Origin: Gemmatimonadota bacterium | GTDB taxonomy: Bacteria; Gemmatimonadota; Gemmatimonadetes; Gemmatimonadales; GWC2-71-9 | NCBI GenBank assembly: GCA_036679605.1 | Contig: JAZDCZ010000420.1 | Location: 1-29,889 of the forward strand | Reading direction: 5' to 3' | Length of the DNA stretch: 29,889 nt | Part shown: one piece after another, positions 1 to 9,406 of the stretch | How the letters are laid out: the number at the start of each line of letters is the position of its first letter | Position numbering within the stretch: position 1 is the first letter of the stretch | Made by a program: the position numbers and the translations under genes | Notes under the pieces: model-generated | What the model was told of the DNA's origin: nothing | What the model saw: only the letters and a program-made list of their open reading frames with translations | Databases searched by the model: none

Positions 1-2
1 GA

Positions 3-578
3 ATAGTACCCACGACACCGCTATGCGGTACAGCGCCGGAGCCCGCGATCAGTTGCCGCCAAGCAACACCGGGCAAGGCCTCGCTGCTGATCAAAGACAA
101 AACACCCGGGGCGGACGACAAGCGGGATCAGTTCAAGTGGAAGTGGACCAAGGAGGCGGCAGCCGATGTCGGCGCCTTCGACGACCCGGTCTTCTCGGCA
201 CCGGTCTACCGCGTGTGTCTATACGACAACGCCGGGTTGCTCAGCGAGATCGACCTCCCGCCGGGCCGAACCTGCAACGGCAAACCCTGCTGGAAATCGA
301 TCGGGCCGGCTATCTCGCCCAAGGGCTTCAACTACAAGAACAAGTCGGGCAACCCGAACGGACTCGTTTCCGCCAAACTGAAGGCTGGAGTCGCCGGCAA
401 GGCCAAGCTTCAACTTGCTGCCAGGGGGGTCGAGTTCAGCACGCCGCCCTTGCCGCTGACCACGCCGGTGACGGCTCAGTTCTTGGTTAGCGACGGTGTC
501 GGCCTCGAGTGCTGGCAGACCACGTTCACACAAGCAAAGAAGAATCAGGACGGAGTGTTCAAGGCCAAGGGCCCCTGA
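3..578 (+). CDS. C-terminal part of a probable secreted/surface protein (5'-truncated by window edge); Lys/Gly-rich C-terminal domain with paired Cys
   Basis: Frame of ORF 213..578 is open back to base 3: IVPTTPLCGTAPEPAISCRQATPGKASLLIKDKTPGADDKRDQFKWKWTK...YRVCLYD...CNGKPCWK...KGFNYKNK...GKAKLQLAARG...CWQTTF...FKAKGP*. Resembles a C-terminal domain I associate with Ca. Binatia secreted proteins (recall, not searched). Confidence 0.75.
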   Translation: MVPTTPLCGTAPEPAISCRQATPGKASLLIKDKTPGADDKRDQFKWKWTKEAAADVGAFDDPVFSAPVYRVCLYDNAGLLSEIDLPPGRTCNGKPCWKSIGPAISPKGFNYKNKSGNPNGLVSAKLKAGVAGKAKLQLAARGVEFSTPPLPLTTPVTAQFLVSDGVGLECWQTTFTQAKKNQDGVFKAKGP

Positions 579-883
579 TGGGTACTGCCGCCCGGCATGA
601 CATTCCGCAAATCGGTCGGCGGCGCTTCGCACTGCGCAGTCAGCAAAGCGCCCGGATCCAAGCTCCCTGTCGGAGTGACAGCGGAACGCCTCGGCGTTAC
701 GTTTCGCACACCCGTCGCAAGGGCGATTAGACACGACGGCGCCATCACAGGGTCAGGCTAACCTGGGGCACCAACACATTTGTCGCGCTAAGTCCCTGAA
801 TCCAGGACATTCTCCACGCCGTTAGCGTTGCCGTTCGAGTTTTCCTCGATCACACGACCGTGCACACGAGCGCCAACATCCGG

Positions 884-899
884 TGGCATAAGGGTTGCA
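884..899 (+). promoter_or_regulatory. sigma-54 (-24/-12) promoter for the tetraheme cytochrome gene at 988
   Basis: TGGCATAAGGGTTGCA: TGGCA...TTGCA with exact GG-N10-GC spacing, ~90 nt upstream of ATG 988. Confidence 0.8.
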
Positions 900-987
900 C
901 AGCTATTGGGCCTGACGGCCCTCTTGCCTCCAAACGTGAAAACGGAAGCCCAAGGCAAAAGCACAAGAGCACGCGACGATACTTGAG

Positions 988-1620
988 ATGCGAAGCTTCG
1001 CATATAGACTTTTTTGGACCTCTCTCACGGTGCTGTTCTCGTGCAGCATCGGTACACTCAGTATCGCCGCAGAAATGAGCAGCGGTCATGATTTCACTTT
1101 AGGCGGCGCGAACACGACCGGCAGATGCGCAGTCTGCCACATGCAGACCTGGTCCGAGGTCGACGCATCTACGCAACTGCTCTGGCGCGACGGTCCGCGA
1201 ACTGACCAACGGGTCTCCGCAGTCTCCGGCACGTACGGCTCCCACCCCTCTCGTCAATGGCAAGTCACGAAGAGTTGCGTGTCCTGTCACGACGGTTCGG
1301 TTGCCGCGCACAATGCCCCCGAGCTGGCCCGAGCCGACTCCTCGGGTTCATCGCAAACATTGGGCCCGATCTCTTCTCTTGGCACCACTCACCCTGTCGC
1401 GCTCGTATACGATAGTGAATTGGCCCGGCGCAATCCCGGCTTGGCCGATCCCGCGGTCACATCGAGCGGACTTGGCGGCACCATCGCCGAAGATCTCTTG
1501 ATCGACTCACGTGTCGAGTGCTCCAGCTGTCATACCGTACATGATCGCGTCGGCGACGGCCGCTTCCTACGTATCGCCAACACGCGCGGGGAACTCTGCC
1601 TTACCTGTCACAAACTCTAG
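988..1620 (+). CDS. Secreted tetraheme cytochrome c, divergent OmcE-like
   Basis: Signal peptide; HDF, CAVCH, LLW, CVSCHDG, HPV, ECSSCHTVH, FLR, LCLTCH in the same order and similar spacing as Geobacter OmcE-type tetrahemes and the paralogs at 18042 and 19572. Confidence 0.9.
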   Translation: MRSFAYRLFWTSLTVLFSCSIGTLSIAAEMSSGHDFTLGGANTTGRCAVCHMQTWSEVDASTQLLWRDGPRTDQRVSAVSGTYGSHPSRQWQVTKSCVSCHDGSVAAHNAPELARADSSGSSQTLGPISSLGTTHPVALVYDSELARRNPGLADPAVTSSGLGGTIAEDLLIDSRVECSSCHTVHDRVGDGRFLRIANTRGELCLTCHKL

Positions 1621-1637
1621 CGTTGGAACTGCCCCCG

Positions 1638-1669
1638 GTATCGGCCGCGAACGCGCCGATACACTCTTC
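1638..1669 (+). terminator. Putative terminator/stabilising hairpin after the tetraheme gene
   Basis: GTATCGGC...GCCGATAC stem 17 nt after the stop, followed by ACTCTTC (weak U-tract). Confidence 0.4.
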
Positions 1670-1968
1670 GCCGGCTCGCCTATCTAATCGGAAACCCGCG
1701 TCGCCTTGACCCCCTTCCCGGAGAGCGAAACCCAGACAGACCGCTGGATGGAGAGCCCCCCGTATGCGCCTACACAGTCTTGCGCCCCCGGCTAGCTGCA
1801 GGACCGGGGATCGGTCCCAAATCTAGCTCTTCGCAACCCGCCTAGCCGGGGGAGTGCCTACGAGGCCATTAAGATGGCCACTCTTTATCTATGCAACATA
1901 CTTGACCTCTGGGAATATAGCGTGGTAGACGACTTTGTCGAAGGGGGGTCGGCACAGGGAGGCGTGTC

Positions 1969-4119
1969 ATGGAGAACATCAGCAGGAGCAGAACCATCTG
2001 GGTTGCCAGTACGATGGCGGCACTCACTTGGTTACTAGCAGTCTCGGACGCACGCGCCACGACATTGCTTCTCGAAAGCCTCGGTAATTTCCCGGACGCC
2101 GTGGAGGTTACGGCTCGCTTTGGCACCTTCGCCGGGCTGCAGATCAACGGCGACGAGATAAGCGCGACCGGCTTCCACTTTACGGTACGCAACACTTCGT
2201 TCGGCGACGGCGCTGCATCGTCCTTCGAGGCTGATCCTGATGGCGACTTCGCCGAGAACGACATCCTGACGGCGGCGGCGGCCGCAGCGATCTCCGCCCG
2301 ACAGCCCTACGGTCTCTACATTTTCGGTGCTGGGCTGCCGCCCGGATCGGGCGCGGTTGTTTCGGCGCCGCCCGGGTTCAGCCTCAATATCCAGGGCGGA
2401 GAGGTAAACTTCGAGAAGGATCCGGGCAATCCCGACGGCTTTCTATTCGATAATGACGCCCCATCGATTCCATCCCAATTTACGAACCCACAGACAGGGG
2501 TCTTCGACTTCTTCATTTCGACCGTCAGTCTGAACCTGCTCGACAACCTGTTGGCCGAGGATGACGGGATGCCCGCCATCAACATCATGACATCGATGGC
2601 TTGGGTGGAAACGGGGTCGGTGCAGACGGTGTTCTCGGCGCCGGGTGCGCCATTCGATGGTGAAGAACTCCGCCCGCGTGGCGAGCTTATCGCCGCCGCG
2701 GTGTGTGGGAACGGCGTGCAGGACCCAGGTGAGGAGTGCGATACTCTGGACGACACCGCCTGTCCCGGCGCCTGCACTTTGAATTGCACTTGCGCGCCTA
2801 CCCCGATGTGCGGTGACGGTATCGTCAACCAGGCGGGTGAGATCTGCGACGGCCTCGATGACGCTGCCTGTCCGGGCGCCTGCCAGGCTGACTGTAGTTG
2901 CCCCGCGTTGCCGACCTGCGGTGACGGCAGCGTCAACCAGGCGGGGGAGGTCTGCGACGGCGCCGATGATGCTGCGTGCCCGGGCGCCTGCAAGATCGAT
3001 TGTACCTGTCCGGTAGGACCCTTCTGCGGCGACGGCAGCGTCAACCAGGCGGGGGAGGTCTGCGACGGCGCGGACGATGCTACCTGCCCTGGAACCTGCC
3101 AGGTGGACTGCACCTGTCCCGTCGGACCCGTTTGCGGAGATGGGTCGGTCAACCAGCCGGCTGAGGAATGTGACGGGGCCGACGACAGTGCGTGTCCAGG
3201 TCAATGTCTGCTCGACTGCACCTGTTCGATACCGCCCTTCTGCGGCGATGGTAGCGTCAACAAGGCCGGCGAGGCTTGCGACGGCGCCGATGATGCTGCG
3301 TGCCCGGGCGCCTGCCTAGCGGACTGCACCTGTCCCGCCGGCCCCCTGTGTGGAGACGGCTCGGTCAACCAAGCTGGAGAGGAGTGCGACGGCGCCGATG
3401 ATGCTGCGTGCCCAGGTGCCTGCCAGGCGAACTGTACCTGCCCCATTGGACCATTCTGCGGCGACGGAACGATCAATCAGGCGGGCGAAACCTGCGACGG
3501 CGCCGATGATACTGCGTGTCCGGGCACTTGCCAGGCAGACTGCACTTGCCCCGTTGGTCCGTTCTGCGGCGACGGTGAGGTCAATCAGACGGGAGAGGAA
3601 TGCGACGGCGCGGACGCCGACCTCTGCCAGAACCGTTTGTGTCTCGCCGATTGCACATGCGTTCCTCCGATCTTCAACGACCCGGCCAAGATCCGCTTTC
3701 GACGTGGTCACCAATTGCTCGATCGGTTCGACGGACACGGGCAACTAGTCACTTCGCACGACCCGGCCAAGATCGCGAGCGGATTGACAGTAAGACTGAC
3801 CAACCCAAGCGGAGTCTTGTACGAGGGGGAGCTTGTCTCCGGCGACTGCAGGGTCAAAAATAAGGGCCGACGTTGTCGATTCCGCGACAAGGGAGCACGC
3901 AAGGGCGAGGGCATCCGGGATGGCCTCGGCGTTCTCAAGCTACGCTCGGTTCGTATCGGCTACACGTTCCGTTTCTCGGCCTTCGCGGACCTTTCTGCGG
4001 CGACGGATCCCGACATGACGATCAGCTTTCAGCTCGGAGACGAACTCTTTGCAACTCGAGGTTTGTGGAAACAGAAGAAGAACGGCTGGAATCTGAAGTT
4101 TTTCTCCCTCCAACAGTGA
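1969..4119 (+). CDS. Secreted Cys-rich repeat protein (DUF4215/myxobacterial disulfide-repeat-like) with unknown N-terminal domain and basic C-terminal domain
   Basis: GGAGG RBS; signal peptide ending ARA; nine CGDGxVNQxGExCDGADDxxCPGxCxxDCTC repeats; Lys/Arg-rich C-terminal ~150 aa. Confidence 0.9.
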   Translation: MENISRSRTIWVASTMAALTWLLAVSDARATTLLLESLGNFPDAVEVTARFGTFAGLQINGDEISATGFHFTVRNTSFGDGAASSFEADPDGDFAENDILTAAAAAAISARQPYGLYIFGAGLPPGSGAVVSAPPGFSLNIQGGEVNFEKDPGNPDGFLFDNDAPSIPSQFTNPQTGVFDFFISTVSLNLLDNLLAEDDGMPAINIMTSMAWVETGSVQTVFSAPGAPFDGEELRPRGELIAAAVCGNGVQDPGEECDTLDDTACPGACTLNCTCAPTPMCGDGIVNQAGEICDGLDDAACPGACQADCSCPALPTCGDGSVNQAGEVCDGADDAACPGACKIDCTCPVGPFCGDGSVNQAGEVCDGADDATCPGTCQVDCTCPVGPVCGDGSVNQPAEECDGADDSACPGQCLLDCTCSIPPFCGDGSVNKAGEACDGADDAACPGACLADCTCPAGPLCGDGSVNQAGEECDGADDAACPGACQANCTCPIGPFCGDGTINQAGETCDGADDTACPGTCQADCTCPVGPFCGDGEVNQTGEECDGADADLCQNRLCLADCTCVPPIFNDPAKIRFRRGHQLLDRFDGHGQLVTSHDPAKIASGLTVRLTNPSGVLYEGELVSGDCRVKNKGRRCRFRDKGARKGEGIRDGLGVLKLRSVRIGYTFRFSAFADLSAATDPDMTISFQLGDELFATRGLWKQKKNGWNLKFFSLQQ
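2704..3670 (+). repeat. Nine tandem ~108-bp (36-aa) intragenic Cys/Asp-rich repeats
   Basis: Repeating TGCGGCGACGGC..GTCAACCAG..TGCGACGGCGCCGATGATGCTGCGTGCCCGGGCGCCTGC units, 6 Cys each. Confidence 0.95.
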
Positions 4120-4130
4120 GAGCCGGTAGG

Positions 4131-5906
4131 TCAGGGTCTGCCAGCCGGAAACACGTGATGCCTTGCACCCGACATCGGCTGGGTGTCGGGATAGCTCAGC
4201 GGATTATGATCGACGTTGTGACAGGTGAGAAAACACTCGCCTCGCCCACGTCCCATAGAACGGAACTCCAATAAACCGCTCGACGAAGCGGTAATCACCT
4301 CTTCGCCCGCGCGTCCGAGCCGAAGGAAGTTGATCAAGGCACGATTCGATCTCGAACCGTGCGCATCGTGGCAAACCGCACAAGAAGTTTCTTCAGTTAC
4401 AACGTGCTGAAAATGCGAAAACCCGCTGGCGTCCGCAAGCAATGAAGCCCGGTTGTGGCATCCGTAGCACAACCCATAGCTCTGGAATGCTTCCATACTC
4501 GGATCCACGATCTGATACAGTGCGCGCAGGATGGGCTCGAATGTCGACCCATGCGGGCCGCCGGTGTTAGCGGCCACTCCTCCCCCGGACCCGTGACAGT
4601 CGCTACACTTAATGATCGACGATGCTGTGTAGCCCGGTTCCAGCCCTTCGATCGCCTGGTTACGCCCCGCCGCTTCTATGGGGTGATACGACTCATTGTT
4701 GGTGGCCACCTCGAGCCGGGTATTGGATACATTGTCTTGTCGGGTCACGAACGCGTCAGCTTCGTCCTGTAACCCGTGGCACTTGTAACAAACCTCGTAC
4801 TCCGCGTTGGCAACTGCACGAAGTACGCCCGATGAATCGATTCCACTAGCCGCGCCCACGCCCCCCCCACCGACCGCTTGTGCCGTAGCTATCTGCACCG
4901 AATGAGGATCATGACAGTCGTTGCATGTCACGTGTCGAGGCATGATGAGAGGATCTTCGTCAGGCTCGTGGACATCCTGCGATATCTCTATCGGATGTGT
5001 GCTGAACGCCCGGAATGCCTCTCCGACATCCGTTTTCGCCATGCCGCCGTCATGACAGGTCAAACAAGTACCGGCTTCGTCCGTTCCCGTGAGCAGCCAT
5101 TCAGGATGAAGAGCAGCGTGGGAGCGGTGGCAGTTCGCGCAACCATTGTCCTCGACGGTCTGATAGTCGGTGTGCGGCCATGGGTTCGCACCGCTAGTGT
5201 GAACAGCCGACGAAGTTGCATGCACGGACCCACGCCAACCGCTGATCCTGTGACAAGACACGCAAAGTTTTGAACCTCGGTTGTCCATCACCAAGAAATG
5301 TTCGTTGTTATCAGTGTGAGCATCGTGGCACGAGGTACATTGCAACTGCTGAGTAGAATCGAGTTTGACCTCTTCGGGTAAGCTGGTCGGATCGGCCAAT
5401 TCTTGGCGGCGAACGGATAGAGCCGTGTCATAGACGAAAGAGATCGGGTGATGACCCGAAAGATCAGTACCGAAAGTAGTGCGAGCCATCGGACTCAATC
5501 GGCTCCGGACGGTTGCGGGCAGAGATCGAGAATGCGACAACGCAAGAGTCCCGTCATGACACGATAAACACATTCGCGAAGCGCCGGTCGGCTGTTGCAG
5601 AGTCGCTTCGAGTGTCGAACTTTCGTAGAGTCGGTACATCGTTCCGCCGGCATTACGCGCCCATCTTGCGACCTTCGGCTCCTCCCGATGCGTTATATGG
5701 CAGTACACACATGTCCCGGGTCGCGCTGTGGCTTTCCGGACTCCCGCGGTGAACGAACTCCTACCCGCGACCGGAGCGAACTTACTGAAATCGTGGCGGG
5801 TTCCCTCGACTCGCGCCGACGCCGACGGAACGGTTAACACCGCGATCGCGACGGTAAGGAACGTCCTCCAGAACAAAGAACGGCAATGGACAGCGAAATC
5901 GATCAA
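4131..5906 (-). CDS. 12-heme cytochrome c: N-terminal OmcE-like tetraheme domain plus C-terminal 8-heme module
   Basis: 11 CxxCH plus 1 CxxxCH (CFLTCH); signal peptide ending ASA-R. Start moved to the in-frame TTG at 5906 just after the upstream stop (5911); ORF-track start 6044 overlaps the upstream gene. Confidence 0.9.
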   Translation of the reverse strand: MIDFAVHCRSLFWRTFLTVAIAVLTVPSASARVEGTRHDFSKFAPVAGRSSFTAGVRKATARPGTCVYCHITHREEPKVARWARNAGGTMYRLYESSTLEATLQQPTGASRMCLSCHDGTLALSHSRSLPATVRSRLSPMARTTFGTDLSGHHPISFVYDTALSVRRQELADPTSLPEEVKLDSTQQLQCTSCHDAHTDNNEHFLVMDNRGSKLCVSCHRISGWRGSVHATSSAVHTSGANPWPHTDYQTVEDNGCANCHRSHAALHPEWLLTGTDEAGTCLTCHDGGMAKTDVGEAFRAFSTHPIEISQDVHEPDEDPLIMPRHVTCNDCHDPHSVQIATAQAVGGGGVGAASGIDSSGVLRAVANAEYEVCYKCHGLQDEADAFVTRQDNVSNTRLEVATNNESYHPIEAAGRNQAIEGLEPGYTASSIIKCSDCHGSGGGVAANTGGPHGSTFEPILRALYQIVDPSMEAFQSYGLCYGCHNRASLLADASGFSHFQHVVTEETSCAVCHDAHGSRSNRALINFLRLGRAGEEVITASSSGLLEFRSMGRGRGECFLTCHNVDHNPLSYPDTQPMSGARHHVFPAGRP

Positions 5907-5910
5907 CCGT

Positions 5911-6957
5911 TCAGTTTCCGGCCAGGAATCGGAATACCTGGATCCGATGGTTATGAGAGTCGGCAACATAAATCGTGTCATCCCTGGCGATAGCCAATCC
6001 CGTCGGCAACCAGAACTCTCCAGGACCGACGCCGCGCTTTCCAAACGACAGCAGTAACTCCCCCGTCACGTCGAAGATCTGAACGGAATCGAACAAGGCA
6101 TCCACTACGTATAGATTTCCGTTACTATCGCGTGCAATACCCTTCGGACGTGCGATATCGCCCGAAACATTTCCGGCACGACCGAAAGTCGATACGAACG
6201 TGCCGTCGCTCTTGAATACCTGCACGCGGAAATTGAGCGAATCTACGACGTGCACCAGTTCGCCGGGGTCCACGTATACGTGACTCGGCCAATTGAACTC
6301 TCCTTCGCCTAGTCCATGGGTGCCGAAGGTAAACAGAATTCGCCCCTCGAGGTCGTACACCACGACATGATGGCGAGCCGCGTCAACTACATAGAGCCGC
6401 CGCAGAGTTTCATCGATTGCCACTCCGCTGGGGCGGGCCAGTTCTCCTTGTCCCCACGTATCACGCAGACGGCCGTCACGCCCATAGAGGTATACGCGTC
6501 CGAGTGCGGAATCGGTCAAGTAGACGGTTCCCTCATTACCGATTGCGACCCCCACGGGCGAAACCAGCTCACCCGCGTCGCCTTCGGTTATTTTTTTATA
6601 GCGCCTCGCTTGACGGTCGACGAGAAACAGTGCCGCTTTTCCCGGGTCCGCTACCGCCAGAAGACTGCCGGCAGTCGCGATCGCCGTAGGCCGCACGAAA
6701 GCCTCGTCACTGCTGATACCCGCGATACGTCCAAGCAGGTCAAAGAATGATCTGCTCACGCCGAGATCGGCAGTGCCGTTGAACGCGGTCACGTAGGCGA
6801 TCTTGGGCGGATATGGCGCCGCCGGCCAGAGGATTTCTTCTGCCGGAAGACGATCCTCCGGTATACGCTCGGGGTAGCGCGGACCCGCAGAGGAACATCC
6901 GCACGCCCACGCAAACATCAAGCAGGCGACAGTCGTGACGATCTGACCCTGTTTCAT
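5911..6957 (-). CDS. NHL-repeat six-bladed beta-propeller lipoprotein
   Basis: Lipobox-like AWACGC; WPAAPYPPKIAY motif; repeated F..P.GIA.D..G.LYVVD..N.RVQVF blades. Confidence 0.92.
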   Translation of the reverse strand: MKQGQIVTTVACLMFAWACGCSSAGPRYPERIPEDRLPAEEILWPAAPYPPKIAYVTAFNGTADLGVSRSFFDLLGRIAGISSDEAFVRPTAIATAGSLLAVADPGKAALFLVDRQARRYKKITEGDAGELVSPVGVAIGNEGTVYLTDSALGRVYLYGRDGRLRDTWGQGELARPSGVAIDETLRRLYVVDAARHHVVVYDLEGRILFTFGTHGLGEGEFNWPSHVYVDPGELVHVVDSLNFRVQVFKSDGTFVSTFGRAGNVSGDIARPKGIARDSNGNLYVVDALFDSVQIFDVTGELLLSFGKRGVGPGEFWLPTGLAIARDDTIYVADSHNHRIQVFRFLAGN

Positions 6958-6967
6958 AGTGGCATCC

Positions 6968-9076
6968 TCAAAATAACCGTCTTACTATCTTCAAATCAAA
7001 ATGGAACGCTGTCGACTCTCGGTCTCCGACCATCCGGCGGCTCACGCGAAAGTTCGGGACGATTTCGAGCTTCGCGAAATCCAAGCGTAAGCGCACCCCA
7101 GCGTCGATATGCTGTTCTTCGGGAGCCAACGAATCGTCGCGTTGGAGATAGGCCGCATAGTATTCGGTCTTCAGATAGCGTGTTGGTTGCCACCGTATCG
7201 ACAACCTCCCCAGCAGTGTCGTAGTGTCGCGGTCGGGATCGGTGAACTGGAAGAACGACTGACTCAGATCGGCAGTAAAAAACAGCCGTCGCTTTGGGTG
7301 CATGGAAAACGACTGCCTGAAAATGGGAGATGTGTAACTCAAGCGGTCGGATCGGAAATCTCGATACTCGGCCGCTAACGTCATCGATCGTGCCGGCTGC
7401 GCCCACTTCAAACGAATTCCCGTGTTGAAATCTTTCATGTCGTTGAGAAAGCGATCGTCATCGCCCTCAACGAGATCTTGCTTCGTTTCGAAACGCTTCA
7501 CGAAGATCAATAGCCAATCGTAGTCGAGTGCTAGATCGACGTCGAACCTCCTGGTAGTAAACTCGAAGGCATTCGAGGTGAGGAAACGGTAATCCACCAA
7601 GAGAGTCTGATTGTCCTGAAAGAGGCCGCCCGGCAACCGTTCCAGAGCCGTCGCATCGCCGACCTGGACAATGCGGTAATCCACTCCCTCATTGAAGATC
7701 GTCGTACCCGCTTGGTCCGTTACCCGGATGGTTCCGGGAACCACGAACGAATTGTCGAGAAAAATGAGCGCGAAGCCGGAAACCAGCCGTACTTCTCCGA
7801 ACACGAAGAGCTGTCCAGCCGGGGATTCCTGTTGGTCCACACGGTAGGAATTGCGTATGCCCACCTGCAAGCGGCCGTTGCGTGGAATTCTCTTTTTGTA
7901 TCTTAGCCCGCCGACACCTTCATAGCCCCTAATCGTACCGAAGTCGCCGTCGGTCTCGTTGGCCGTAGCCTGTAGTGAACTCGTCAAGCTGCTGTAAAGC
8001 TGATGTTGAATGCCCACCTTGGCGAGTTGTGTGATGGTCGCACTCCCGTCCTGATCCGTCTCGAGATAGGTATAGTCATACAGCGACGCGAACGAGTCCG
8101 TGTGGTCCATCCGTAGGTTGACGTCCGCTCTGCCCGTGCTCAGATCAAACCTCCCCTGTCGCGAAAAGTACCGCAGGCGGGTTCTGAGATCCTTTTCCAG
8201 GTACGGGCCGAAGAACAACCGGTAGCCGATCGCCCCGTCGTGGGCGTTGAAACTGAGACTCGTTACAACTTCATCTTCGACGTCCTGGAAACGATAGTCC
8301 AAGCTCAGCTCGCTGACTTCTCCAAGCCTCGTGCCGCTATAGGACAACTCGCTGCGGTTCTCCGCACGACGGAACACATCGGGTCCGAAACGCTGAACCT
8401 CGTCGAACTGCTCGCTCAGATAGCCGAGCACCGATCGCAGGCGGGGATCGTCGAGGTGCAGCCGAACACCGAGGGTCTGGGCTGTAATGTCCTTGGTCCC
8501 GGCGAATTGCTGCGACTGAACATCCTTGGTTCGACTGGCGGAAAGATCAAGAGAATACGGCTTACCCCCGAGGAACGTCGCGCTCGTGTCGTATCCGACC
8601 AACTCTCCCTCGGCATTCCCGGATTGTCCGACGGAATCAAAAGATTCCTGGAACATTCCGAACGTCGCTCCCAAGCGAAACGTCAACAGCCTAGGGTCCC
8701 ACACCATTCCACGTGTTCTCACTCTCAATCTCTCGTCAAAGTGGACACGACTAAAGCTGCTCGAGGAACCTTGACTGCGAGACACGTCCTGTTTGTCCCA
8801 CTGAAAACCCAACTGAAGTTCTCCGCGCCAGCCTCCTATCAAAAATATCGGACGCTTGCGTACACCAACGGGCACCAGCGGCGGAGCTCCCTGGTAAAGC
8901 GACAACGAAGCTTTCTCCGCGACTGGAACAAGAGGGGACGGCGCTTTTGCTGTGGTTTTCTCCGTATCGTCTTCTGCGACCGGAGGCTGGCCTTGCGCAG
9001 CGACACGCGCACCCGGGACAACCAGAACAGCCCCAAGCGCAAGCGTCGCGATAGTTTTTCCGCGATCCTTCCTCAC
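6968..9076 (-). CDS. Large outer-membrane beta-barrel protein (putative cytochrome export/conduit channel)
   Basis: Start at GTG 9076 (GTGA overlap with upstream stop) gives signal peptide ...ARVAA-Q; many alternating amphipathic strands rich in Y/F/R; C-terminal beta-signal ending LKIVRRLF. Confidence 0.85.
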   Translation of the reverse strand: MRKDRGKTIATLALGAVLVVPGARVAAQGQPPVAEDDTEKTTAKAPSPLVPVAEKASLSLYQGAPPLVPVGVRKRPIFLIGGWRGELQLGFQWDKQDVSRSQGSSSSFSRVHFDERLRVRTRGMVWDPRLLTFRLGATFGMFQESFDSVGQSGNAEGELVGYDTSATFLGGKPYSLDLSASRTKDVQSQQFAGTKDITAQTLGVRLHLDDPRLRSVLGYLSEQFDEVQRFGPDVFRRAENRSELSYSGTRLGEVSELSLDYRFQDVEDEVVTSLSFNAHDGAIGYRLFFGPYLEKDLRTRLRYFSRQGRFDLSTGRADVNLRMDHTDSFASLYDYTYLETDQDGSATITQLAKVGIQHQLYSSLTSSLQATANETDGDFGTIRGYEGVGGLRYKKRIPRNGRLQVGIRNSYRVDQQESPAGQLFVFGEVRLVSGFALIFLDNSFVVPGTIRVTDQAGTTIFNEGVDYRIVQVGDATALERLPGGLFQDNQTLLVDYRFLTSNAFEFTTRRFDVDLALDYDWLLIFVKRFETKQDLVEGDDDRFLNDMKDFNTGIRLKWAQPARSMTLAAEYRDFRSDRLSYTSPIFRQSFSMHPKRRLFFTADLSQSFFQFTDPDRDTTTLLGRLSIRWQPTRYLKTEYYAAYLQRDDSLAPEEQHIDAGVRLRLDFAKLEIVPNFRVSRRMVGDRESTAFHFDLKIVRRLF

Positions 9077-9405
9077 TGCTGCACATGACACACGGGGCAC
9101 TTGTCGAAGGTAACAGACCAGGCTGTCTCGGAGTTGTGGCAGGCGCCGCAGTACTGTCCCGCACTGATGGCATCCATGGTGATCTCGGGGCCCGTGATTT
9201 CCATCGGAAAGATTTTCGTATGGCACACCGCGCACTTGAACCGTATCCGGTGAAACCAGTGAGGAAACACGGCCGGAGGGATATCAGTGACGGTCTCTCT
9301 TGCTGGAAACTGAATGTCGGCCGGAGCGGCAACCGCTCGATGCACAGGCGTAGAGGCGAACATCACCACACACGCAGCCGCAAGCACTATCCACCGTATC
9401 GCCAC
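9073..9405 (-). CDS. Small c7-type triheme cytochrome c
   Basis: FPHWFH, CAVCH, IF.M, CGACH, CPVCH; signal peptide from GTG 9405 with GAGGTG RBS (alternative GTG 9417). Confidence 0.9.
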   Translation of the reverse strand: MAIRWIVLAAACVVMFASTPVHRAVAAPADIQFPARETVTDIPPAVFPHWFHRIRFKCAVCHTKIFPMEITGPEITMDAISAGQYCGACHNSETAWSVTFDKCPVCHVQQ

Positions 9406-9406
9406 T

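Noticed and set aside
2704..3670. Regularly spaced repeats as a possible CRISPR array
   Set aside because: 108-bp in-frame coding repeats with wobble variation, no unique spacers and no cas genes.
2316..3744. Several long minus-strand and alternate-frame ORFs
   Set aside because: Shadows of the GC-rich repeat gene, with no independent motifs.
8240..9088. 282-aa plus-strand ORF
   Set aside because: Antisense to the beta-barrel gene; no recognisable features.
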